NCBI GenBank assembly: GCA_025060195.1
Contig: JANXCQ010000014.1
Span: 13,829 to 77,828 of the forward strand
Direction of reading: 5' to 3'
DNA from: Gemmatales bacterium
Lineage (GTDB): Bacteria; Planctomycetota; Planctomycetia; Gemmatales; HRBIN36
DNA length: 64,000 nucleotides
Notes under the pieces: generated by a model
The model's database searches: none
The model's input: the letters and a program-made list of their open reading frames with translations, nothing else
What the model was told of the DNA's origin: nothing
Part shown: positions 38,690-47,606 of the stretch, one piece after another
Numbering within the stretch: position 1 is the first letter of the stretch
Layout: every line of letters starts with the position of its first letter
Position numbers and translations under genes: made by a program

Positions 38690-40402
38690 ATGCCAGAAGA
38701 GTTTTACTCGCTGGAAGAGGCAGCGGCGCGATTAAGTATTCCGCCCGAACGACTGCGGCAGATGGCACAGCGTAAGGAAATCCGTTCGTATCTCGACCGT
38801 GGAACCCTGCGGTTTCGAGTAAGCGATGTGGAGGAAATGCGGCGTAGGTCAGGACTGGAAGCAAGCCCAGAAAGTGGCCCGCGTACGCCTAGACCGAGTG
38901 TGCCGCTCGCCGACCAGGGGCCACGAACTCCAAAGCCAACATCGGCCACTGGTACAGGGGGACGTGAGACCCTGCCCCCGAGTCTGGACGTGGTTCCCTT
39001 TGAGGTTGGGACGGAAGCAGGAGCTGCAGTGGACCTGGCCAGTCTCTTTGCTCAAGGACCGCGTACTCCCGGCTCGGATAGTGATGTTCGCTTAGTGGCC
39101 GATGGTAGTGACATCAATTTAGTAGTGATGCCGCCAGAGGCCGATAATCCCCCTTCTCGTCCGAGCAGTGGAAAGAGGAAGCCCGAGAGTCAGGTGCGTG
39201 TGGATGGTGGGCCGCCTGTGGTCGAGGCCCCGCGTCCTCGGTTGTCGCAATTGGATGTTCGTCCTGTTGACAGCGACAGCGATGTGCGATTAATCGATGT
39301 CGAGTCCCCACCTCAAATCGCCGCGCTTGTCAGCACGCGCCACGACAGCCGCATTCGTCTGGAGCCAGACCATCGTTCTGACATTAAGGCTGACAGTCGT
39401 CTCCAAGCCGACTCACGTTCTCCAGAAGGTTCTGATTCGACCTTGCAACTGGAAATTAATCTGGACGAGCAACTCCAGTCAGCAGAGCCACAGCGCAGTC
39501 GCGTCAGTGATTCCAGCGAAGAGCAAGCTGCCGCGGGAATGCTCGCGGATGAGGGAGAAGGAACTGAATTTGAGGGTCAGGGCAGTGAGTTTGAATTGCA
39601 TCTTGACGAAGAAGAGACGGCGCTCACCTCCGAGCACGAGGAACCCGCAACTTTCGCAATCCAGGACGAAGCCCGGGAAGTTTCCCACAGTCCTGCCGCC
39701 GACAGTTCTAGTAATCAGCCTTTGACTCTGGACGTGGGTGACGCAACCGCGACCGAAGAATTGTCGTTTGATTTGTCCTTAGATGAAGAGGCGACCGAGG
39801 TAACTCCGCGACCGGAGTCGGCTAAGCGCACCTCGGACTCCGACAGTGAATTCGAGCTGAGCGTGGAAGATAGCGAGGCGGAAGCAGACACAGCCATGTT
39901 AGGGGCGCAAGGCGGCCGAGCCGGGCCCTCGTTGCAAGAAGCCGACACCGAACTTGAAGAGACCTCAGATTTCAATTTACAGTCGGTAGACGACGAGGAA
40001 GCTGGCGCCGAATCGTCGGCCCCCGACACCGAGGTTGTCATCGAAGAGGACGTCAGCGACGATCAACAAACGCAGTTGGTCGAACAAATTGATAATGTAG
40101 CTGATCTGGATCTCGTGCAGCCGAGTGATTTAGATTTCGAGCAGCCTGGCTCCAGTGAGATCGTAGAAGAAGAAGTGGCCGTTGTAGCTGAGGAAGAAGC
40201 GGCCGCTCCTACGGTGCGCTACGTGGAATTAGCTCCCGCCGATTGGGGAGTGTGGGCTTTAGTCCATGTGCCCACGACGCTCATCCTGGTTTTTGTCGGC
40301 TTGCTCATGTTTGAACTTATGCGTAGCGTGTTGTATTATCATGAGCCAGACATGATGGGCGGGCAAATATTTGAGATGCTGTCGGGTTTATTCCGCAAGT
40401 AA
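38690..40402 (+). CDS. HTH (excisionase/MerR-like) - acidic disordered region - C-terminal TM anchor protein
   Basis: N-terminus YSLEEAAARLSIPPERLRQMAQRKEIRSY..GTLRFRVSDVEEM. There are repeated GPRTP (x3) and SDSDVRL (x2) motifs and about 350 aa of D/E/S-rich sequence. The C-terminal helix is WGVWALVHVPTTLILVFVGLLMFELM. Confidence 0.65.
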   Translation: MPEEFYSLEEAAARLSIPPERLRQMAQRKEIRSYLDRGTLRFRVSDVEEMRRRSGLEASPESGPRTPRPSVPLADQGPRTPKPTSATGTGGRETLPPSLDVVPFEVGTEAGAAVDLASLFAQGPRTPGSDSDVRLVADGSDINLVVMPPEADNPPSRPSSGKRKPESQVRVDGGPPVVEAPRPRLSQLDVRPVDSDSDVRLIDVESPPQIAALVSTRHDSRIRLEPDHRSDIKADSRLQADSRSPEGSDSTLQLEINLDEQLQSAEPQRSRVSDSSEEQAAAGMLADEGEGTEFEGQGSEFELHLDEEETALTSEHEEPATFAIQDEAREVSHSPAADSSSNQPLTLDVGDATATEELSFDLSLDEEATEVTPRPESAKRTSDSDSEFELSVEDSEAEADTAMLGAQGGRAGPSLQEADTELEETSDFNLQSVDDEEAGAESSAPDTEVVIEEDVSDDQQTQLVEQIDNVADLDLVQPSDLDFEQPGSSEIVEEEVAVVAEEEAAAPTVRYVELAPADWGVWALVHVPTTLILVFVGLLMFELMRSVLYYHEPDMMGGQIFEMLSGLFRK

Positions 40403-40528
40403 AGCAACCAGCACCGACTTGATCCCAGTCAGTAATCATAATCAAACGAAGCGGAAAATCCCCTTTCCTCGAGTCTGAACGGCTGTCAGAGGTTGGAAAA
40501 AACCGACTCGTCCTTGCAGCGAGAAGTG

Positions 40529-41104
40529 TTAGCCTTCCCGTTTCTTTGCGGCCAAAGTGCGAATTCGCTGGGCTAAGAGGGCAATGTCAAATGGCTTCTT
40601 GAAAGCGTCGTTGAAGCCCAGTTGGAGGAGTGCTTCGGGATTCGGCTCGTCTTCTAAGGCTAAGGCAATGATATAAGTGTCGCGGAATTCGTCGTTACGG
40701 CGGAGGTTTTGGGCGATTTGGATAGCTTCGGAGCGCCCCATAGCTAAATCAATTATGAGCGTGTCGGGGTGAAAGCTCTCTGCGAGGATGCCCGCTTCGA
40801 AACCGCTGTTGGCCACCCGAATACGAAAGTCTTCGGCTTCAGGAAGGAGTTCTTTGAGGCGCTGAATCAACAAGTCCTCGGCGCCGAGGATAAGTATCTT
40901 ATGCCAAAGCTCCTCTTCTAATTCGCCGAGGGGCATACCGTGCTCTTTGAGGAAGCGAATGAGACTTTCCCTAGGAATGCGCCGGTCCTGGCTCCCCGGG
41001 ATGCGATAACCCCGGAGTCGGCCGGAGTCGAACCACTTACTCACGGTGCGTGGAGCCACCTTACAAATCTTGGCCACTTGCCCAGTGGTAAACACTTTCC
41101 TCAT
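40529..41104 (-). CDS. response-regulator-like protein: N-terminal HTH (excisionase type) + receiver domain
   Basis: ATG at 41104. FTTGQVAKICKVAPRTVSKWFDSGRLRGYRIPGSQDRRIPRESLIRFL, then KILILGAED...DTLIIDLAMG....IIALA (receiver-like beta/alpha pattern). Confidence 0.7.
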   Translation of the reverse strand: MRKVFTTGQVAKICKVAPRTVSKWFDSGRLRGYRIPGSQDRRIPRESLIRFLKEHGMPLGELEEELWHKILILGAEDLLIQRLKELLPEAEDFRIRVANSGFEAGILAESFHPDTLIIDLAMGRSEAIQIAQNLRRNDEFRDTYIIALALEDEPNPEALLQLGFNDAFKKPFDIALLAQRIRTLAAKKREG

Positions 41105-41944
41105 AGCTCGCACTCCAGTTTCCTTGCCGGGCTGGCACGGCGTCTGCGGGTCGCCGGCCGTTGCCTCCTTGGTTTTGCTTCGCAGTGTAGTTTTCGGGTC
41201 GTACTACCTACACTGCCCGCGGTCTCTTTTTGTTACTGCCAGACCCGCTGGCACATTCGCCTCCTCGGATACTGCGCTGCTGAGTGCTATGGACAGTGTT
41301 CTTTTCGTCACAAGGCCTTGTCTCAAATCAGAAAAATACCCGTATTTCGGGAGCTTCCGATGTTCAGTAATCCCGTACGCTGCCTCATAACCTGCGAACT
41401 CGCTTCAGCTGTAACAAGTAATTCGTCCCGCCCAATTCGCTTTTTTCGCATTTACCTGGAAACATGGGCAGGCCACCTGACTACGCTGTGTTCATTTCTC
41501 TTTACCTGACCTGACTTTCGCATGCTTCCTTTGACTTACACGCTTTTCGACGCCGCGCACGGATCTAAGCCAGCGCAGCATTACCGCAGTTGAAACGACC
41601 GAGGGCATACCGATGGTTTTCCCCGCGCTCAGGGCCTCTTGCGCCTCTACGAGGAAGCAAAATCCCGCTTAGACGACTGATTCCGACCTTACTTGCGGTA
41701 GATTCCTGCGATCACTGATGCACTAAAGGGCCGTCCCAAACTCCTACGCGGAGACTGAATTGACTACGTCTCGTTATGGTTATCATACGCGGAGAGATCG
41801 GCAGACCCTATATGATGTAGGATGAATGGGAGAGATCTTAATGCAATGGCTTCCGATAGAGGCATGAGTGTTGCTAACTTGTCTTTGGGAAATTGCTTCC
41901 GCAGATAAAACGCATTGGAATTCTGCCAAAGCGCGAAAAGAGCT

Positions 41945-42463
41945 ATGGTGTCTCATGGTAGCACAACGACAAGGTTCCTGGCTGCGCTATTGCTCGCGCT
42001 GCTCAGCGTGAGCGGATGTGGGAATGGTCGTCCCGTCCCGAGATTGCCGGCCACGTCATTCGCGCCGCTAGCCGAGGATGAACCCATCTATTTGATGATC
42101 CGCGGCACCGATGAACGCGGCCGTCGCGTGAATGAAGTGTTCATTAATGGTAAGTGGGTTTCGATACTCAACGATCCTCTCTTTGATCAATGGTTGGCCC
42201 TGCAGGCGGCCCGTTACGAAGCCTTTTATCAGCAAACAGGCACGCCGAAATTGCAAATTCTCGACCGCGGTGGCTGCCGAGCTGTTTTTCGCACGCAAGT
42301 CGTTCTGCAAGTAGTCGGCGACGGACACGCGGGCAGCGCGGTTGAAAGCGTAAGTCGTAAGCTACGTGAGGTTGGTTTCGCTATGCCCCCGCAAATCGTC
42401 TCCACAACGGGTGCGGTGTTGGTGAACCCCAACATGCCAGCGGAGGCGCGTTTCACCCAATGA
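41945..42463 (+). CDS. hypothetical lipoprotein
   Basis: ATG 41945. The signal peptide ends in the lipobox LSVSGC. No recognised domain. Confidence 0.55.
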   Translation: MVSHGSTTTRFLAALLLALLSVSGCGNGRPVPRLPATSFAPLAEDEPIYLMIRGTDERGRRVNEVFINGKWVSILNDPLFDQWLALQAARYEAFYQQTGTPKLQILDRGGCRAVFRTQVVLQVVGDGHAGSAVESVSRKLREVGFAMPPQIVSTTGAVLVNPNMPAEARFTQ

Positions 42464-42576
42464 ACGTCGCGACTTAGGGGATGTTTTTTGGGAACATTAT
42501 CCATACACTGTGTATTCCCAGGGCGCCGGTCGCTCGAACAGTTTCCGTCCACTTTTTGCCCAGTAAGGGATTTGAA

Positions 42577-43554
42577 ATGAGCTGCACCACGGTGAATGCG
42601 TGCAGGAAATTTTTGGCGCTAATATTTAGCCTTTGGTTCGCAGTCCTGAGCCTGGCTCAGGAAGAGGCGGCAATACGCCGACTTCTGGAGCAATTGCGCC
42701 GGGGTGATCCGCTGCGCCGTAGTGAAGCCGCCCGCGCCTTACTGCAGATGGCCCCGCACGCGAGCGACGCCTGGCCCGTTTTTCTGGAAGCACTGCTCGA
42801 CGCCCAGGAAGAGGTCCGGCAAACCGCCGCGGAAGCCTTGATTCGCATGGGGCCGAAAGTTGTGCCTGACCTGGCGGAAGTCTTGAGCGGACCCAGTCGC
42901 ACGCTGAAGCGGCGCGTCGCCGTTGTCTTGGGACAGATGGGCCCAAACGCCAAGGCGGCAATTCCGGCTCTGGAAAGAGCGCTGCGTGACCAGGACGGCG
43001 AAACCCGCAGCTTCGCGGCCCTAGCGCTGGTGCGCATCAGTCCCGAGCGCGCCGATCTCGTACCGCTGTTAGAGCCTCTACTTCGCGAACCAGATGCCCA
43101 CTTCCGGGTCGCCCTAGTTTACGTGGTCGAACCGCTGGTCCTGCGGCACAAAGAAGCGCTCGTACTTTTGGAGAAAGCCTGCCATGACCCAGCCTGGGAT
43201 GTGCGTATAGCCGCCGTGTCCGCATTAGGTCGGCTCGGTGAGATCGCCCGGCCCGCAGTCCCCTCATTGGGCAAACGTTTAGCCGATGACCATGCATTAG
43301 TGCGTATCAGTGTAGTCTCAGCCCTGCTCGCCATTGGCGGCACGCCTGCCAGCGAATTAGTGCCTCACCTCACCCAGGCCCTCGACGACCCAGACACCAG
43401 CGTGCGTCGGGCCGCGGTGGTGGTCCTTCAGCAAATGGGCCGCGCAGGACAAGACGCATGGCCCAACTTGAAACGGCTCGCACAATCCGATCCAGACCCG
43501 GTGATTCGACAATTGGCCGAGCAAACTCTGCGTAAGCTCACCGATTCGCAGTAA
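42577..43554 (+). CDS. HEAT-repeat protein, secreted
   Basis: ATG 42577 behind AAGGGA. Signal peptide, then ~8 repeats of the type D..VR..AA.AL..(M/I)G. Confidence 0.75.
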   Translation: MSCTTVNACRKFLALIFSLWFAVLSLAQEEAAIRRLLEQLRRGDPLRRSEAARALLQMAPHASDAWPVFLEALLDAQEEVRQTAAEALIRMGPKVVPDLAEVLSGPSRTLKRRVAVVLGQMGPNAKAAIPALERALRDQDGETRSFAALALVRISPERADLVPLLEPLLREPDAHFRVALVYVVEPLVLRHKEALVLLEKACHDPAWDVRIAAVSALGRLGEIARPAVPSLGKRLADDHALVRISVVSALLAIGGTPASELVPHLTQALDDPDTSVRRAAVVVLQQMGRAGQDAWPNLKRLAQSDPDPVIRQLAEQTLRKLTDSQ

Positions 43555-43628
43555 GGCTAGCGCCTTGAAATAGGCGGTGGGCGTTAGCCTAAATTATCTA
43601 CTCGCACTAAGGCCAGGGAGAAGCGACC

Positions 43629-44522
43629 ATGTGGCGCATTCTGATGACCTGCCTGCTAATTTTCCCAGCCGTTAGTTGGACATGGTGCCAGGAGAAGCCC
43701 AAGCCAAAACCTCCAGCGGTGCCTCCCGATACGCAGGTCCTGCGCGACTTAGAGTATGTTCCTGAAGGTCATGAACGACACAAACTCGACCTCTATCTAC
43801 CGCAAAAAGCAAATAAGCCGATGCCCTTGATTGTGTGGATTCACGGCGGTGGTTGGCGGGGCGGCAGCAAAGATAACCCTCCGACGTTATGGCTGGCAGA
43901 ACGGGGCTATGCCCTGGCGAGCATAAACTATCGGCTGAGTCAACACGCCACCTTTCCTGCCCAAATCCACGATTGTAAGGCAGCGATACGCTGGCTTCGC
44001 GCTCACGCTTCCAAGTATGACATTGACCCAAATCGCATCGGAGTGATTGGCGCCTCTGCAGGCGGACACTTGGCCGCTCTTCTGGGGGCTGGTGGCGACA
44101 TCCCGGAGCTCGAAGGCAACTTAGGCCTTACCAAGGTCTCTAGCCGCGTTCAGGCAGTATGCGACATCTTTGGGCCGACTGACTTCCTCCGTTTCGAGCC
44201 GATGAACCGGGACCCTAAGTCCGTGCTCGCACAATTACTCGGGGGCACTGTTGAAGAAAAGAAAGAGCTAGCTCGCTTGGCCAGTCCAGTTACCCATGCG
44301 AGCAAAGACGACCCGCCCTTTCTGATTTTGCACGGCACTGCCGATAAGGTTGTCCCTCTCGCTCAGAGTGAATACCTGGAAAATGCACTCCGAGGAGCGG
44401 GCGTCGAGGTAACGCTCATCCGAATTGATAACGCAGGTCATGGCGGCCCACAATTTAATACTCCCGAAATTCGAAAGACCATATCCGACTTCTTTGATAA
44501 GCATCTCCGCGCGGTCAAATAG
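43629..44522 (+). CDS. alpha/beta hydrolase (esterase/lipase, HGGGW type)
   Basis: Signal peptide; oxyanion motif VWIHGGGWRGG; nucleophile elbow GASAGGH; C-terminal ILHGTADKVV...H. Confidence 0.85.
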   Translation: MWRILMTCLLIFPAVSWTWCQEKPKPKPPAVPPDTQVLRDLEYVPEGHERHKLDLYLPQKANKPMPLIVWIHGGGWRGGSKDNPPTLWLAERGYALASINYRLSQHATFPAQIHDCKAAIRWLRAHASKYDIDPNRIGVIGASAGGHLAALLGAGGDIPELEGNLGLTKVSSRVQAVCDIFGPTDFLRFEPMNRDPKSVLAQLLGGTVEEKKELARLASPVTHASKDDPPFLILHGTADKVVPLAQSEYLENALRGAGVEVTLIRIDNAGHGGPQFNTPEIRKTISDFFDKHLRAVK

Positions 44523-44686
44523 CCCCTTTTCCCCACAACTTAGTCACTTGCCCGCACTACCACCTCCAACGCAGCAGAACAATTCGCTGAAGAAATCTAG
44601 CAGCAGCCCATTCCATGCGCTAATATCATTTGCACTAGCGGCTAAGATAAAAACCCGACCTAGCTTTGCTTGCCACTTAGTTCCCG

Positions 44687-45682
44687 TTAGACTCGGGCAT
44701 AACGGACTAAAGCTCGGCTAAATTCGGCATGCGTCCAACCCGCAGCTTGTAACGCACGACTAAACCCAGCCTCGGGATGGTAACCTGGATTAGGATTGAC
44801 CTCTAAAATGCGTGGCCGACCATTAGCATCTAAACGTACATCTATACGGGCATAGTGCCGGCAAGAAGTAATTTCGAACGCACGTAGCGCAAGTCGTTCC
44901 AACTCCCGCCTCAGATCAATGTCTATATTCGCAGGACAAATAGGACGGGTGCAGCGGTCAGCCAAGGACCCAGTTTCCCACTTAGCTTCATAGCTGACAA
45001 TAGGCCAAAAATAAGAAGTCGTCGGAGTAAACACGATCTCGGAGATTGGCAAGACTTGGGGTGTATCCAGATTGATAATGCTGATATTAAACTCACGGCC
45101 AGGCAAAAATTCCTCAATAAGTACCCTGCCGTAATCTCCTAAGAGTGTTTCGCAACGTTGCCGAAGCTCCCGAGAGTCGGTTACCACATTAGACTGATCA
45201 ATCCCAATGCTGGCATCTGTGTTAGCGGGTTTAACAAACCAGGGTGAATAGTTCCTTAGTTTAGACATTGCTCTATCTAACTGACGAACATCATCGATGA
45301 CAATCCCCTCGGCTATGGGCAATCCATGGCTATGTAACAGTTCCCGGGTCGCAGCCTTGTCCCGGCATAGGCGTAAAGTATCAGGACGATTGCCCGTATA
45401 AGGAATGCTTAGCGACTCAAAATAAGTGGGAACTTGCCACTCACTATCATCGGCGGGATGAAACCCCTCGAACAAGTTGAAGATAACGTCTGGAGCATCA
45501 TTTCTTAATCGGGTTTGCCAAGTGCCATCGGGTCGAATTTCATATAGTTGAGGCAGCCAGCCGGGGATTTGAAGCTCGTGCTTCACTAGTTGGGCGATCT
45601 CAACGATTTCCCATTCACTCTCCGCCCAGGGGTGTTCGCGCGCAAGTTGTGGCTGATTATAAACGATGGCTATGCGTAGCAT
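44687..45682 (-). CDS. ATP-grasp protein of the D-alanine--D-alanine ligase family (function unassigned)
   Basis: DVIFNLFEGF...ESLSIPYTGN...LCRDKAATRELL, WFVKPANTDASIGI, EEFLPGREFNISII, SYEAKW, ARIDVRLDANGRPRILEVNPNPG parallel Ddl blocks. The Ddl N-terminal region is atypical. Confidence 0.75.
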   Translation of the reverse strand: MLRIAIVYNQPQLAREHPWAESEWEIVEIAQLVKHELQIPGWLPQLYEIRPDGTWQTRLRNDAPDVIFNLFEGFHPADDSEWQVPTYFESLSIPYTGNRPDTLRLCRDKAATRELLHSHGLPIAEGIVIDDVRQLDRAMSKLRNYSPWFVKPANTDASIGIDQSNVVTDSRELRQRCETLLGDYGRVLIEEFLPGREFNISIINLDTPQVLPISEIVFTPTTSYFWPIVSYEAKWETGSLADRCTRPICPANIDIDLRRELERLALRAFEITSCRHYARIDVRLDANGRPRILEVNPNPGYHPEAGFSRALQAAGWTHAEFSRALVRYARV

Positions 45683-45696
45683 AGGCGTTTATCATC

Positions 45697-46971
45697 TTAG
45701 GGAGTGACGCGCCGTAAACGATAGTGTATAGGTCGGGGCTTAGCTTGTTCGTCTAAGCGTCGATCCATTTCCTCTAGTAAGCGGTCCAGTTCAGCAAATT
45801 CGGCCGGAAATGTCGGATTCCCTGAGTTGCCTCCGCCAGGTTTCGATCGTCGGCCATAGATATATTCACCGTTATGAGCACGCCAGCGGTGGAAAAACAG
45901 AATATCCTTCTCGATCACTATTTCGCGAAGCTTGCGGGCTTGTTGATAAGTGGAATCTCTTACGAGTACGATACCACGACTCCATTGCACGCTTGACCCC
46001 TGAGCCACCAATTGATTCTCGGCAAACAGCTGGTATTGGCCATCAGGTAGCCCATCAATAGTAAGCCGCCGTTGCGCCGCTTGCTCGTCGGCGTCAGCGG
46101 GGGAACCTTCAGGGGCCGGGTTCGGTAAGACTTGATCGTGCGCCGTAAACCTTAGGCCCTCCTCTAACCATTCAACATTTTCCACTCGAGTGCCACGCGC
46201 GGAGATGACGGCCTTTTTCTTGAAATCCAGTGTAACCTCCCAACGCTCGCTTAGTCCCAGTTGCTGGGCTAATAGCTCACTTAGTCGCCAATAGCCATAG
46301 CGAGTCAGGTGAATGCCATTCTCCGTCAAGGGAGGATCAGCACGTTGGTCGGGAATCAAATAACTGTATAGGTCTATATACGGGAGTTTCATCTTAGCAA
46401 CTAATTGACGCGTCGCTGCATGATAGAGCGCCACGTGATCGTTATAGGTCTTAGGATCAGGCAAGGGAGGACCTAAGAATTCCTGGCGAATCGGACTAAG
46501 CACAATAATCCGCGAAGTAAGTTTGCCCAACATGCTAAGTTGCCTAGCATAGGCCTTTGTATAGCTATCCAAGCCGGCGCGACCTTGATAAGCTTCCGTC
46601 ATTCCGAAGCAGACTAAGATGACCGACGGGCGCTGTTCGCGTAAATGTTGTTCCATATTGCCGAAGTTTAGGGGCCTCAGTTGGGTATATACAGTGTCCC
46701 CGGGCCAAGCTAAGTTACGAAAGGTCAGTTGGCGGTTAGGGAAACGGGTGCGGAACATAGTCTCTAGAATCCCATAGTGGCGATCCCGTTCTAATAAGGT
46801 ACCGCCGTAATACACGATCCGGTCGCCTGAGGTAAGCTCGAATTTGATCTCTATACTTGGCTCTGCCCTAACTCCCGTCAAGAAAAGTAGCATCACGAGC
46901 ACTAGGTCCGCGATTCCCGAGAACCATAACCGGTGCACGGAGCACCGTTTGTGCATGTGATAATGGCCCAT
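45697..46971 (-). CDS. SGNH/GDSL-hydrolase-fold protein with degenerate catalytic blocks plus C-terminal extension
   Basis: Signal/TM N-terminus. Block I reads RIVYYGGTLLE (no GDS serine), block II NLAWPGDT, block III VCFGMTEA, block V ENGIHLTRYG. It ends 14 nt before the ATP-grasp gene, so the two are probably one operon. Confidence 0.55.
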   Translation of the reverse strand: MGHYHMHKRCSVHRLWFSGIADLVLVMLLFLTGVRAEPSIEIKFELTSGDRIVYYGGTLLERDRHYGILETMFRTRFPNRQLTFRNLAWPGDTVYTQLRPLNFGNMEQHLREQRPSVILVCFGMTEAYQGRAGLDSYTKAYARQLSMLGKLTSRIIVLSPIRQEFLGPPLPDPKTYNDHVALYHAATRQLVAKMKLPYIDLYSYLIPDQRADPPLTENGIHLTRYGYWRLSELLAQQLGLSERWEVTLDFKKKAVISARGTRVENVEWLEEGLRFTAHDQVLPNPAPEGSPADADEQAAQRRLTIDGLPDGQYQLFAENQLVAQGSSVQWSRGIVLVRDSTYQQARKLREIVIEKDILFFHRWRAHNGEYIYGRRSKPGGGNSGNPTFPAEFAELDRLLEEMDRRLDEQAKPRPIHYRLRRVTP

Positions 46972-47414
46972 AGTCGCTTAGCCTCCCCGTTTATAAAAAT
47001 AGGTAGTCGTTAGCATGTTTGTAGTAAATGCAACTTAGAGACGGGGTTAGTGTTCGGTATTAGTAGAATTAAAAAATTTCCAAGGAAAGCCTACTGTGTT
47101 GACACAAGGTAGACGAAACCGCGATTGCTCGGAATGTTGGCGAAGGGACGGCTTTCGCATTTCTAGCGGTGGGTGGCATGTGCGTTGCGCCCTGGAACCG
47201 TTGTATTGATGATTCTCCTATTTGCCCCTTGTGCATAGCTGTATTGCGCCAGCTATGCAATCCATGATCTGTCTCTCTGAGGCTTGCCTCCATAAATTAT
47301 GGGAAAAGGCGAATCGTCGGCTGCGTTCGAGTAGTCGCAATTATTTACGGCTCCTATCTCCGAAGTTCGCTCGACCCCATAATGATTAGTGGTGCGGCGC
47401 CTAACTAAATCCGC

Positions 47415-47606
47415 TCAAGACTCGATGACTCCCTGCAATGCCGATGTGGTTATTTGACCTAGCGGAGTGTAGAGGACAGATCCACTGGTGCTGTCTCCCG
47501 AAGAAGTTCCTGATCTCGATGTGGTTATTCGATCAAGTGGCGTGTATGTCGTACGGTCTTGTGGATTGTGGTGTTCACGAACCCGGGTGAGTTCGGCCCA
47601 GTTCAT
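47415..47606 (-). CDS. candidate 63-aa ORF with two in-frame YTPL(D/G)(R/Q)ITTS repeats (speculative)
   Basis: ATG 47606 lies inside the last 32 nt of the AOR gene, in another frame. The product is MNWAELTRVREHHNPQDRTTYTPLDRITTSRSGTSSGDSTSGSVLYTPLGQITTSALQGVIES. No convincing RBS. See findings. Confidence 0.25.
   Translation of the reverse strand: MNWAELTRVREHHNPQDRTTYTPLDRITTSRSGTSSGDSTSGSVLYTPLGQITTSALQGVIES
47442..47471. repeat. 30-nt direct repeat, copy 1 (CGATGTGGTTATTTGACCTAGCGGAGTGTA)
   Basis: 25/30 identical to copy 2, with a 75-nt offset. Confidence 0.8.
47517..47546. repeat. 30-nt direct repeat, copy 2 (CGATGTGGTTATTCGATCAAGTGGCGTGTA)
   Basis: 25/30 identical to copy 1. Confidence 0.8.

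Noticed and set aside
40490-40528. Possible intrinsic terminator after the HTH-receiver gene (minus strand: CTCG-N9-CGAG then TCGGTTTTTTCC).
   Set aside because: The stem is only 4 bp, which is too weak to annotate as a terminator despite the T6 run.
47442-47546. Two 30-nt direct repeats as a possible mini-CRISPR array.
   Set aside because: There are only two copies, 83% identical rather than near-perfect. The spacer is 45 nt, the repeat has no internal palindrome, and there are no cas genes in the window.
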